Below, piece after piece: positions 10,556-19,059 of a stretch of DNA of 63,685 nt. This stretch comes from Xanthobacteraceae bacterium (GTDB lineage: Bacteria; Pseudomonadota; Alphaproteobacteria; Rhizobiales; Xanthobacteraceae). Numbering within the stretch: the stretch's first letter is position 1; the number at the start of each line of letters is the position of its first letter. The DNA is taken from the NCBI GenBank assembly GCA_019748335.1, contig JAIEPP010000037.1:1-63685 (forward strand). The letters run 5' to 3'. The notes below the pieces were generated by a model that ran no database searches, was not told the DNA's origin, and worked only from the letters and a program-made list of their open reading frames with translations. A program made the position numbers and the translations under genes.

Positions 10556-11089
10556 ATGCGCAGGCTGCTATTTGAAAGCGTGTTTCGCCAGCCCCTCACG
10601 GAGCAGGCGCCGACGCCGGGAGATGCCGCCGTTGCGGAGCTTGCGACTGCGCTCGGGAGCGCCGCTCGACGGCGGCTCGGTCGCAGTCTCTCGATCCGCG
10701 AGATCGATGCCGGATCCTGCAACGGATGCGAACTGGAAATTCACGCGCTCAACAACGCCTATTACGACGTCGAGCGCTTTGGCCTCAGATTCGTCGCCTC
10801 GCCGCGCCATGCCGACGTCTTGATGGTGACCGGGCCGGTGACGAAGAACATGCGCGAAGCACTGGAGCGCACCTATCAGGCGACGCCCGATCCAAAATGG
10901 GTCGTCGCGATCGGAGATTGCGCGCGAGACGGCGGGTGTTTCGCCGGCAGCTACGCTGTCGTCGGAGGCGTTTCCGAGGTGGTCCCGGTCGATCTCCACA
11001 TACCCGGCTGCCCCCCGACGCCGACGGCGATGCTGCAAGGCCTCCTTGCGCTGCTCGAGCGGGCGGACACGGCCGCTGTGACGTCTTGA
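10556..11089 (+). CDS. hyfI: HyfI/HycG (NuoB-like) Fe-S small subunit
   Basis: GSCNGCELE, SPRHADVLMVTG, GDCA, IPGCPP. Confidence 0.92.
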   Translation: MRRLLFESVFRQPLTEQAPTPGDAAVAELATALGSAARRRLGRSLSIREIDAGSCNGCELEIHALNNAYYDVERFGLRFVASPRHADVLMVTGPVTKNMREALERTYQATPDPKWVVAIGDCARDGGCFAGSYAVVGGVSEVVPVDLHIPGCPPTPTAMLQGLLALLERADTAAVTS

Positions 11090-11120
11090 AAGCAGCGGCA
11101 CCGGTGCGGCCGTCGCCGGT

Positions 11121-11447
11121 TTACCGGACCCGTTCCGGTGCCCTGGAGGAAGACGCCTTTGGTCGGCGTACCGGCTTGACCTTCGCCTTCGGTTTGGTGA
11201 CATGTTCCCGGAGCCGGACACCCCGGCCTCCGGTCGAACTTGTCACGCCCGGGTTGATCAGCTCTACGCCTGCGTTCTCGAGCGCGGAAACCAGCTTCAT
11301 GAGCGAATCAACATTGGCACGGATCACGCCATCGCTGGCCTCCATGCGCTGGATGGTCGGAACCGACAGGTCCGCCAGGTCGGCCATCTGCCGCTGATCG
11401 ATGCTCAGGAGCGCACGGGCTGCCCTGAGTTGATTGGCGGTAATCAT
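11121..11447 (-). CDS. XRE-family HTH regulator, paralog of 3621-3941
   Basis: MITANQLRAARALLSIDQRQMADLADLSVPTIQRMEAS; 54 of 80 N-terminal residues identical to the first XRE by manual alignment. Confidence 0.9.
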   Translation of the reverse strand: MITANQLRAARALLSIDQRQMADLADLSVPTIQRMEASDGVIRANVDSLMKLVSALENAGVELINPGVTSSTGGRGVRLREHVTKPKAKVKPVRRPKASSSRAPERVR

Positions 11448-11692
11448 GGACGCGATCTCTCCGATTCCGGACCGGTTATGATTATACCATCTAAATTACG
11501 GTCTCAAGCATCAATTCAGATTTAAAATATATCAGACAACGACATCACGTTCCGCGAAAGCAGGTTTCCAGCGCGGACATCGCTCCGCACGAAGCGCGCG
11601 AGGACAGGACGGCGGGCCGATGCGATTGGCATCCCGCACGTTACATGATAATAGATATTTCAAACATGCTATTTGATGTTTGGTGGTCGATT

Positions 11693-12433
11693 GTGCGGTT
11701 GCTGGGACGCTATCAGGGCAGGAACGGCGAGATCGAGGTCGTCGAATGTTCGCGGGATGGGACCCGCATCTATTTCGAAGAAGGCGTCAGGCAGAGCCAG
11801 GCGACGCCCGACGGTGAGAGCGTATTCACCTACGTCAAGCTCATGGACGAACTCTTGCGCCGCGCGACGAACATCCTTGTTCTCGGATGCGGCGGCGGCA
11901 ACCTCGCCACCAGATTGGCCGGTCTCGGGAAAAGCCTGACAATCGTCGACAACAATCCGGTCAGCTTTGTGATCGCTCACAAGTTTTTTGGATTGCCGGA
12001 CGATCTGCCGTCGATCGTCTCCGATTTCCGGAAGTTCATTTTTGACGACGATGCGCTCTACGACGGGATCGCCATCGACGTCGGCGGCCCCGGCTTTCGG
12101 TTCAACGAAATGTTCGACGCCGAAACCTGCGACGCGATCCGTGCGCGTTTGGCGCCCGGCGGCCGCATCGTGATGAATGTCCTGGTGGCCAACGATATCG
12201 ACCCGATACCCGATCGAATTGCGGCGCGGCTTGCCGGAGAGAGCCTGGGGATATGGATCGTCGACGAACAAGGCATACAGGATCGAAATGCGATCATCGC
12301 ATGCGTGCCGGAGAAGCAGCTGGGCGCGCGTCCCGCGCTTGAGGATTTGATGGAAAACAGTCTCGAGCGATGGTCGATCCGCCGAGGAAGACTACGTTGT
12401 CATGACCTGACCGTCGGACCGCGCAATTGGTGA
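11693..12433 (+). CDS. Spermidine-synthase-like class I SAM-dependent methyltransferase (start uncertain, 11645-11693)
   Basis: ILVLGCGGGNLA SAM-binding loop, YDGIAIDV, RLAPGGRIVMNV. Confidence 0.8.
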   Translation: MRLLGRYQGRNGEIEVVECSRDGTRIYFEEGVRQSQATPDGESVFTYVKLMDELLRRATNILVLGCGGGNLATRLAGLGKSLTIVDNNPVSFVIAHKFFGLPDDLPSIVSDFRKFIFDDDALYDGIAIDVGGPGFRFNEMFDAETCDAIRARLAPGGRIVMNVLVANDIDPIPDRIAARLAGESLGIWIVDEQGIQDRNAIIACVPEKQLGARPALEDLMENSLERWSIRRGRLRCHDLTVGPRNW

Positions 12434-12461
12434 AATGAAACTGCGCGGACACGCTTCTCGC

Positions 12462-12475
12462 TTGACCGCGGTCAA
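12462..12475. promoter_or_regulatory. FixK/FNR box (perfect palindrome)
   Basis: TTGACCGCGGTCAA. Confidence 0.8.
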
Positions 12476-12559
12476 GCCTGGTGGCACCCCCACACATGAT
12501 GTCCTGGGGTTGAGAGCCGGCCCGGTCCAGGCCGATCCGCCATCGCAAGGTTGGACTGA

Positions 12560-12715
12560 ATGCAGAAATTTGCGCTCAAGATGCTGCTGACCAGCCTCGC
12601 CATCGGGCGAAGCTCGTCGCGGCGCATCAGGAGCGTGCAGGTCGTCACCAGCGTTCTGACGATGATCCTGCTCGCGGCGGTTGGACTTTATATCTGGTCG
12701 CACGGCGGCTATTGA
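12560..12715 (+). CDS. 51-aa single-TM small protein (not in the ORF track)
   Basis: MQKFALKMLLTSLAIGRSSSRRIRSVQVVTSVLTMILLAAVGLYIWSHGGY*; FixK box 85 bp upstream; fills the gap convergent with fixS. Confidence 0.65.
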   Translation: MQKFALKMLLTSLAIGRSSSRRIRSVQVVTSVLTMILLAAVGLYIWSHGGY

Positions 12716-12718
12716 CGT

Positions 12719-12883
12719 TCAGGGCGCCGGCTTCTCCGGCGCCGGCTCATCGTCGGCGATCGCCCGCCATCCCGCCCCTTCGAGGTCGTCATACTGGCCG
12801 TTCCTGAGCGACCAGAGAAATCCCATCAGGCCGAGCAGGCCGAGCATCAGTGCCAGCGGCACCAGAAATACCAGGACTTCCAT
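12719..12883 (-). CDS. fixS: cbb3 oxidase maturation protein FixS/CcoS
   Basis: MEVLVFLVPLAL...FLWSLRNGQYDDLEGA; follows fixI. Confidence 0.93.
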   Translation of the reverse strand: MEVLVFLVPLALMLGLLGLMGFLWSLRNGQYDDLEGAGWRAIADDEPAPEKPAP

Positions 12884-15156
12884 CAGCCGAACTCCCTGGA
12901 GCCGTTTCCGGCTCCAGCTTTTTGATTTGACGCGTTTTCTTGACGCAAACCGGTTTCCACTTCGCTGGAAAACGCTGTGACGCCACGATGCGCGCGCAGC
13001 GCGTTCAAGATCACCAGCAGCGACGAACCCGACATCGCGGCCGCAGCGACCAGCGGCGTCGCAAGGCCTGCGATCGCCAGCGGCACCGCCAACAGATTGT
13101 AGCCGGCGGCCAGCCACAGATTCTGCCGCATCAGCCGCAGCGCCTTGCGGGAGAAGCCGATGGCGGCGACGACGGGGGCAAGCCGGTCGCCGAGGAAAAT
13201 GAGGTCGGCGGTGGCCTGGCTCAGATGGGTCGCGCTCACCGGCGACATCGAGACGTGCGCCGCGGCCAGTGCTGGCGCGTCGTTCATGCCGTCGCCTACC
13301 ATCAAGACCTTGAAACCCTGCCGCTTCAGTTCGTCGATGCGGGCAATCTTTTCGGCCGGCGTCACGCCCGCGCGCCATTCATGGATTCCGAGGGATTGGG
13401 CGGCATGCCGTACCGCCGGCTCGCGATCGCCGGACAATATCTCGACTTCAAGGCCGGCCTTGACCAGCGTGGCGATGGCGCCGACAGCATCCGGGCGCAG
13501 CCGCTGCCGGACCGCGAAGACGTGACGCGTTTCGCCGTGACGGAAGGCGACGACGGACGCTTCGGGATCCCCCGACAGAACTTCATTGGCGAGCTGTTCG
13601 GCGCCGCAGAAGGCTGGCCGGCCCAACCGGACTTCCAATCCATTGACGGCGCCGCGCACGCCCTCGCCGGCAATCTCCTCGACCCCGGCCAACGGTGTTT
13701 TTGCCTTCGCCGCCCGGGCCACCGCGGCCGCAACCGGATGATGGCTGGCGAGCGCAAGCCGTCCCGCCAGTTCGAACACGTCAGGCGGAATGTCGGCGGC
13801 GTTCTCGACGTCGAGCTCGGGCAGCGTCAGCGTTCCCGTCTTGTCGAACACGACCCTGTCTATACCGGCCAGCCGCTCGATCGCATCGCCGGAATTGAGC
13901 AGGACCCCGGTCCTGAACATCGCGCCCGACACCACGGTCTGCACCGCCGGAATGGCAAGACCCAACGCGCAGGGACAAGTAATGATGAGAACCGATATCG
14001 CGGTGACGATCGCGTCGTGCCAAGTCGCGCCAAAGGCCACCCAGCCCAGCATGGTCAGCAGCGCTGCAGCATGCACGACAGGCGCGTAGAGCCGCGACGC
14101 CCGGTCGGCCAGTTGCACATAGCGGGAGCGCGCCTGCACCGCATTGTCGAGCAGCCGGCCGATCTCCGCCAGCAGCGTGCCTTCGGCGGCCGCCGATACT
14201 CGCACCCGCAGCGCGCCGGACAGATTGAGGGTTCCGGCGTAGACCGAGGTGCCCGGTCCCGCTTTCACCGGCAGCGTTTCACCGGTGATCAGGCTCTGGT
14301 CGATGCTGGATTGTCCATCGATGACCGCGCCATCGACCGCCGAACGCTCGCCCGGGCGCAGCAGCACGATGTCGCCGGCCCGCACCGCCGCAATCGGCAC
14401 TTCGCTGATCTCGTCCGTTCCGACAAATTTCGTCGCGGTCTCGGCCTTCAACGCCGCGAGATTGCCGGCGACCGCGCGCGTCTTGCGGCGCATGCTCTGG
14501 TCGAGATAGCGGCCAGCCACCAGAAAGGTGATCAGCATCAGCGCCGCGTCGAAATAAGCGTGTTCGGCGTGGGCGATGGTCTCCGTCACCGACATCGCCA
14601 GCGCCAGCACGATGCCGATCGAGATCGGAACGTCCATGTTGGTGCTGCGCGCCCGCAAGCTCCGCCAGGCAGAGCGGAAGAACGGCTGCCCCGCATAGGC
14701 CGCCGCCGGCAACGCAATCAGCGCCGACAGCCAGTGGAAGAAGTCGCGCTGTTCCGGGATCATGTCGCTGACATTGCCGGACCAGACCGGAACCGACAGC
14801 ATCATGACGTTCATCGCGGCGAAGGCGGCAACACCCAGACATCGCAGCAGGAAACTCGCCTGCGCCGATTCCAGCGCCTCGGCGCGAACCGGCTCGAACG
14901 GATAGGCCTTGTAGCCAAGCTCCGCCAGCCGGTCGATGAAGCGGGCCGGGTCGAGCGTGCCCTGCTTCCATTCCAGCGCGACGCGGCGGTCGGTCAGGTT
15001 GACGCGCGCCAGCGTCACGTCAGGCAGAGCAGAAAGGCCGCGCTCGATCTTCGACATGCAGCCGGCGCAACTGACGCCCTCGACCGCCAGGTCGATATGC
15101 GACAGCCCCGAACCGAGGTGGCGCACATAGTGTGAAAAGTCTCGCGTCGCCTGCAC
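12883..15156 (-). CDS. fixI: Cu-transporting P1B ATPase FixI/CcoI
   Basis: GVSCAGC metal-binding domain, ITCPCALGLA, DKTGTLT, MVGDGMND. Confidence 0.95.
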   Translation of the reverse strand: MQATRDFSHYVRHLGSGLSHIDLAVEGVSCAGCMSKIERGLSALPDVTLARVNLTDRRVALEWKQGTLDPARFIDRLAELGYKAYPFEPVRAEALESAQASFLLRCLGVAAFAAMNVMMLSVPVWSGNVSDMIPEQRDFFHWLSALIALPAAAYAGQPFFRSAWRSLRARSTNMDVPISIGIVLALAMSVTETIAHAEHAYFDAALMLITFLVAGRYLDQSMRRKTRAVAGNLAALKAETATKFVGTDEISEVPIAAVRAGDIVLLRPGERSAVDGAVIDGQSSIDQSLITGETLPVKAGPGTSVYAGTLNLSGALRVRVSAAAEGTLLAEIGRLLDNAVQARSRYVQLADRASRLYAPVVHAAALLTMLGWVAFGATWHDAIVTAISVLIITCPCALGLAIPAVQTVVSGAMFRTGVLLNSGDAIERLAGIDRVVFDKTGTLTLPELDVENAADIPPDVFELAGRLALASHHPVAAAVARAAKAKTPLAGVEEIAGEGVRGAVNGLEVRLGRPAFCGAEQLANEVLSGDPEASVVAFRHGETRHVFAVRQRLRPDAVGAIATLVKAGLEVEILSGDREPAVRHAAQSLGIHEWRAGVTPAEKIARIDELKRQGFKVLMVGDGMNDAPALAAAHVSMSPVSATHLSQATADLIFLGDRLAPVVAAIGFSRKALRLMRQNLWLAAGYNLLAVPLAIAGLATPLVAAAAMSGSSLLVILNALRAHRGVTAFSSEVETGLRQENASNQKAGAGNGSREFG
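12912..12977. repeat. Rhizobial palindromic interspersed element inside the fixI 3' end
   Basis: Stem GCGTTTTC(12932-39)...GAAAACGC(12968-75) around AAACCGGTTT; encodes AFSSEVETGLRQENASNQK, a peptide typical of this repeat family. Confidence 0.75.
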
Positions 15157-15167
15157 GATGCGGCCCC

Positions 15168-15665
15168 CTAGTTCAACAGCACGCGGTTTTTGGACAGGAA
15201 CACGCGCCGTCCGGCGGCGACGCCTTCGAGCACCAGATCCCATTGGCCCGCCGCGATATCGGCCGCGCTGCCGCGATAGATGCCGATTCCGGTTTCGGCG
15301 AGCACCACCGGCAGATCGGCCCGCCGGTCGGTCGGCCGCTCGAAACGGCCTTCGAATTTCAAACCGGTCATCGGACGGCCGGTGTTGTCACGCGCCTCGA
15401 CCTGCAACGTCGCGCCCCCCTGCCCGCTGCGTTCGACATGGGCGTCGACCTTCCAGTTGCGCGCGGTCTGTTCGCGGGCCTTCGCGATTTCCTTCTCATA
15501 GGCAAGACTGGCGCTGTAGGCGCTGTCGACTTCGGTGCCCGGCAGGGTCTGGATCGCCAGCCGCATCATCACGAGGTTGACCCCGATCACGACGCCGAAG
15601 AACGCGACCAGCATGAAGAACACCTTGCGCCCGGTCAGAGGTTTTGGCGCCCGCGCGCGGCTCAT
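15168..15665 (-). CDS. fixH: FixH
   Basis: KPLTGRKVFFMLVAFFGVVIGVN...GQWDL; lies between fixG and fixI (alternative start 15683). Confidence 0.92.
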   Translation of the reverse strand: MSRARAPKPLTGRKVFFMLVAFFGVVIGVNLVMMRLAIQTLPGTEVDSAYSASLAYEKEIAKAREQTARNWKVDAHVERSGQGGATLQVEARDNTGRPMTGLKFEGRFERPTDRRADLPVVLAETGIGIYRGSAADIAAGQWDLVLEGVAAGRRVFLSKNRVLLN

Positions 15666-15679
15666 GTCAGTTTCCCTTT

Positions 15680-17143
15680 TCATGGCGCTACGAAATGATC
15701 GGTCGCGGAAGCCACCTCGCCGAGCCCGATATCGGTGACATGGAAATGCACCGGAATGGACTTCTCGGGATTGCTTTCGGCGGGGGCCGTCACCAGCAGC
15801 CGCAGTTCGGTGGTCTGGTCGCGCCCCAGTACGATCATCGGCCGTTCCTGCGTCACGGAATCCGCGCCGACGACATGAATTGTCGCATTGACCGGACCGT
15901 CGACGTCGATCGCGATGACGCGGTCGAAGCCGCGCTTGTTGAGCAGGCGGATAGTATAGGCGTTGCGGATCGAGCCGTCGCTCAGCTTGACCGCGACCGG
16001 GTTGCGGTCGTGCAGCACGTTGATATCGAGCAGCGTGCGCGTCAGCAGCGCATAGAGCATGATGGCGCCGACGCCGGCAATCAACAGCGCATAGACGACC
16101 GTGCGCGCCCGCACCAGGCGATAGATCGGCGGCTTGCCGGCCTCGCGGCGGTGAATATTGATGTCGTTGTCATAGCCGATCAGCCGGGTTTCCCGGCCGA
16201 TCTTGGTCATCACGGTATCGCAGGCATCGATGCACAGGCCGCACTGGATGCAGTCGAGCTGCGGGCCGTTGCGGATATCGATTCCGGTCGGGCATACCGC
16301 GACGCATTGATAGCAGTCGATGCAGTCGCCGACATGCTCGCCGAGCGCGCGAAGTTCGCTCGCCTTCTTCAGCGAGGTCCGCTGCTCGCCGCGATCGTAT
16401 TTATAGGTGACGTTGAGCGCCCATTCGTCGGTGAGCGCCGCCTGGATGCGCGGCCACGGGCACATGTAGACGCAAACCTGCTCGCGCATCCAGCCGGCCA
16501 GCACGTAGGTGGTCGTCGTCAGAATCGCGATCCAGATATAGGCGATGACAGGCGCCTGAAAGGTGACGAGCTGCTTCACCAGCGTCGGCGCATCGTTGAA
16601 ATAGAGCACCCAGGCGCCGCCGGTCCACCACGCGATCATCAGCCAGATCGAGTGCTTCAGCACCAGTTCGGCGAAGCGCTCCATTTTCATGGTACCCTTG
16701 GCCGCATCCTTGCGCATGCGTTCGCGCCGGTCGCCCTCGATCAGGCGTTCGACGGCATAGAACAGGTCGGTCCAGACCGTCTGCGGACAGAGATAGCCGC
16801 ACCAGACGCGGCCGCCGATCGCGTTCATCAGGAACAGCGTCAGCGCGGCGGCGATCAACAGCCCGGTGAAGTAATATACTTCCTGCGGCCACAGTTCGAT
16901 GAAGAAGAAATAGAAGCGGCTGTTCGGCAGGTCAACCAGCACGGCCTGGTCAGGCGCGCCAAGGCCGCGGTTCCAGCGCACGAACGGCAGGAAATAATAG
17001 ACGCCGAGGCAGAACGCCATCAGCCCCCATTTGGTGCGGCGGAAGGTGCCGGAGACGCTCTGCGGATAGACCTTCTTCTGGGCCACATAAAGTGGTCCGT
17101 CGTCTTCCAGTGGCAGATCGGTCGGGTTCACGGGCTTGTTCAT
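15680..17143 (-). CDS. fixG: FixG/CcoG Fe-S membrane protein
   Basis: GRVWCGYLCPQTVW, CVYMCPWPR, CIDCYQCVAVCP, CIQCGLCIDAC. Confidence 0.96.
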   Translation of the reverse strand: MNKPVNPTDLPLEDDGPLYVAQKKVYPQSVSGTFRRTKWGLMAFCLGVYYFLPFVRWNRGLGAPDQAVLVDLPNSRFYFFFIELWPQEVYYFTGLLIAAALTLFLMNAIGGRVWCGYLCPQTVWTDLFYAVERLIEGDRRERMRKDAAKGTMKMERFAELVLKHSIWLMIAWWTGGAWVLYFNDAPTLVKQLVTFQAPVIAYIWIAILTTTTYVLAGWMREQVCVYMCPWPRIQAALTDEWALNVTYKYDRGEQRTSLKKASELRALGEHVGDCIDCYQCVAVCPTGIDIRNGPQLDCIQCGLCIDACDTVMTKIGRETRLIGYDNDINIHRREAGKPPIYRLVRARTVVYALLIAGVGAIMLYALLTRTLLDINVLHDRNPVAVKLSDGSIRNAYTIRLLNKRGFDRVIAIDVDGPVNATIHVVGADSVTQERPMIVLGRDQTTELRLLVTAPAESNPEKSIPVHFHVTDIGLGEVASATDHFVAP

Positions 17144-17196
17144 CGCTGGGGTTGGTCTCTTTCACCGGGAATGTAGACCCGGCCCCGCACCCGCGT

Positions 17197-17210
17197 TTGA
17201 TCCACCTCAA
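17197..17210. promoter_or_regulatory. FixK box of fixGHIS
   Basis: TTGATCCACCTCAA, 54 bp upstream of the fixG ATG. Confidence 0.85.
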
Positions 17211-17242
17211 GCAAGCCCCAAAGCCTGCCTCCCGCCCGGTGG

Positions 17243-18115
17243 TTATTTGCCTCCGCCGAGCGAGTGGACGTAGACGGTCAGGGCCTTGATCGTCGGGGGA
17301 TCGAGACGGCCGACCCAGGCCGGCATGACGCCAGCGCGGCCGTTGGTGATGGTCTCGACCAGCGTCGCTTCATCCGAGCCGTAGAGCCAGATCTTGTCGG
17401 TCAGATTGGGCGCACCGAGTTCCTGGTTGCCCTTGGCGTTGTCGCCATGGCACGAGGTGCAATTATCCGCAAAGATTTTGGCGCCGGCGGTTGCGTCGTA
17501 GCCCGGGCTGGTCGGCAGGCCCGACAGCGAACGGACATAATTGGCGACGGTGACGATCTGGTCCTTCTTCAGCACGCCTTCCTTGCCAAAGGCCAACATG
17601 GCGCTTTCGTGGGTTTTGGCGTGACCGGAGCGGGCCCCGAACTGGATGGTCTGCAGGATCTGGTCGAGCGAACCGCCCCACAGCCAGTCGTCGTCGTTCA
17701 GGTTGGGATAGCCCTTGGCGCCGGCGCCGCCGCTGCCATGGCAGGGCGCGCAATTGTCGCCGAACACGGTCTTGCCGCGCGCGCGCGCCAGGGCGAGCAG
17801 GCCCGGGTCCTTCTCGATCTCCGCCAGCGGCGCCGCACCGAGCGTCACCATCTTGTCGCCGCGGATCTTTTCCAGATTGGCGAGTTCGACGGCGACATCC
17901 GCGCGGGACGAATAGCCGAGCACGCCAGTGGTATGGCTCCACAGCATCGGCCACGCCGGATAAACGATCCAGTAGCCGATCGCCCAGACAATGCAGGCGT
18001 AGAAAGTGATCACCCACCAGCGCGGCAGTGGCGTGTTGAGTTCCTTGATCCCGTCCCACTCGTGACCGGTGGTCGACCTGCCGGAGACGTGATCGAATTC
18101 GCCGTGTTCAGTCAT
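17243..18115 (-). CDS. fixP: cbb3 oxidase subunit III (diheme cytochrome c)
   Basis: TTGHEWDGIKELNTPLPRWW, CAPCH, CTSCH. Confidence 0.97.
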   Translation of the reverse strand: MTEHGEFDHVSGRSTTGHEWDGIKELNTPLPRWWVITFYACIVWAIGYWIVYPAWPMLWSHTTGVLGYSSRADVAVELANLEKIRGDKMVTLGAAPLAEIEKDPGLLALARARGKTVFGDNCAPCHGSGGAGAKGYPNLNDDDWLWGGSLDQILQTIQFGARSGHAKTHESAMLAFGKEGVLKKDQIVTVANYVRSLSGLPTSPGYDATAGAKIFADNCTSCHGDNAKGNQELGAPNLTDKIWLYGSDEATLVETITNGRAGVMPAWVGRLDPPTIKALTVYVHSLGGGK

Positions 18116-18121
18116 GATCGA

Positions 18122-18286
18122 TCACTCCTCGCGCAATGGCATTTTTGCCGCTTCGTCGAAGCCGGCCTTGTTGCGCGGCCAAAGGGCGTAGGTCACGATG
18201 GCGATAAAGATCCCGACGAAGATCGGCGTCCAGAAGGTCGTGACGAAGTCCGACGTGATATTCTGGACCGTGAGAATTGCTTTCAT
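18122..18286 (-). CDS. fixQ: cbb3 oxidase subunit IV (54 aa; not in the ORF track)
   Basis: MKAILTVQNITSDFVTTFWTPIFVGIFIAIVTYALWPRNKAGFDEAAKMPLREE between fixO and fixP. Confidence 0.92.
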   Translation of the reverse strand: MKAILTVQNITSDFVTTFWTPIFVGIFIAIVTYALWPRNKAGFDEAAKMPLREE

Positions 18287-18313
18287 CGTTCTGCCTTGTC
18301 AGCGAAGAGTTGC

Positions 18314-19048
18314 TCAGCGAAGATTTGCTTTTTCGTTGTAGAGCTTGAAGTCGACCAGAGTGCCCAGCATCTGCAGGTACGCGATCAGCGCGTCCATTTC
18401 GGTCGGTGCGCCCGGCTTGCCGTCGAAATTGCGGGCAACCGCCTTCGGATAACGCTTGGTGAACGCGTCGACGCCGGCATTGTCTGGGTCGGCCTGCGCC
18501 TTGAGGTCGGCAACGGCGTTGGCGATCTGGTCGTCTGAATAGGGCACGCCGACGGTGCGGCTGGTGCTCAGATGCGCGGCCATGGTCGCGACGTCGACCT
18601 CGGTCTCGGCCAGGAACGGATAGCCCGGCATCACCGACTGCGGCACGATGGCGCGCGGATTGGTCAGATGCGTGACATGCCAGTCGTCGGAATACTTGGC
18701 GCCGACGCGGGCGAGATCCGGACCGGTACGCTTGGATCCCCACTGGAAGGGATGATCGTACATGCTCTCGGCCGCGAGCGAGAAGTGGCCGTAACGCTCG
18801 ACCTCGTCGCGCAGCGGGCGGATCATCTGCGAGTGGCAGAGATAGCAGCCTTCGCGGACGTAGACGTTGCGGCCCGCGAGTTCCAGCGGCGTGTACGGCC
18901 TGACGCCGTCGACCACCTCGATGGTGCTCTTCAGGTAGAACAGCGGGGTGATTTCGACCAGACCGCCGATGGCGATGACCGCGAGAATGCCAGCGATCAG
19001 GATGATCGAGTTCTTTTCGAAGATTTGGTGCCGTGTCCAGAAAGACAT
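18314..19048 (-). CDS. fixO: cbb3 oxidase subunit II
   Basis: [28 protein letters not shown]. Confidence 0.97.
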   Translation of the reverse strand: MSFWTRHQIFEKNSIILIAGILAVIAIGGLVEITPLFYLKSTIEVVDGVRPYTPLELAGRNVYVREGCYLCHSQMIRPLRDEVERYGHFSLAAESMYDHPFQWGSKRTGPDLARVGAKYSDDWHVTHLTNPRAIVPQSVMPGYPFLAETEVDVATMAAHLSTSRTVGVPYSDDQIANAVADLKAQADPDNAGVDAFTKRYPKAVARNFDGKPGAPTEMDALIAYLQMLGTLVDFKLYNEKANLR

Positions 19049-19059
19049 TTATGCGCTCC

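Noticed and set aside
9032-11089. Functional formate hydrogenlyase or NiFe hydrogenase-4
   Set aside because: The Ni-binding cysteine motifs are absent and there are no hyp or fdh genes in the window.
12883-13378. Long 219-aa version of fixS
   Set aside because: The upstream part overlaps fixI; FixS homology begins at MEVLVF (12883).
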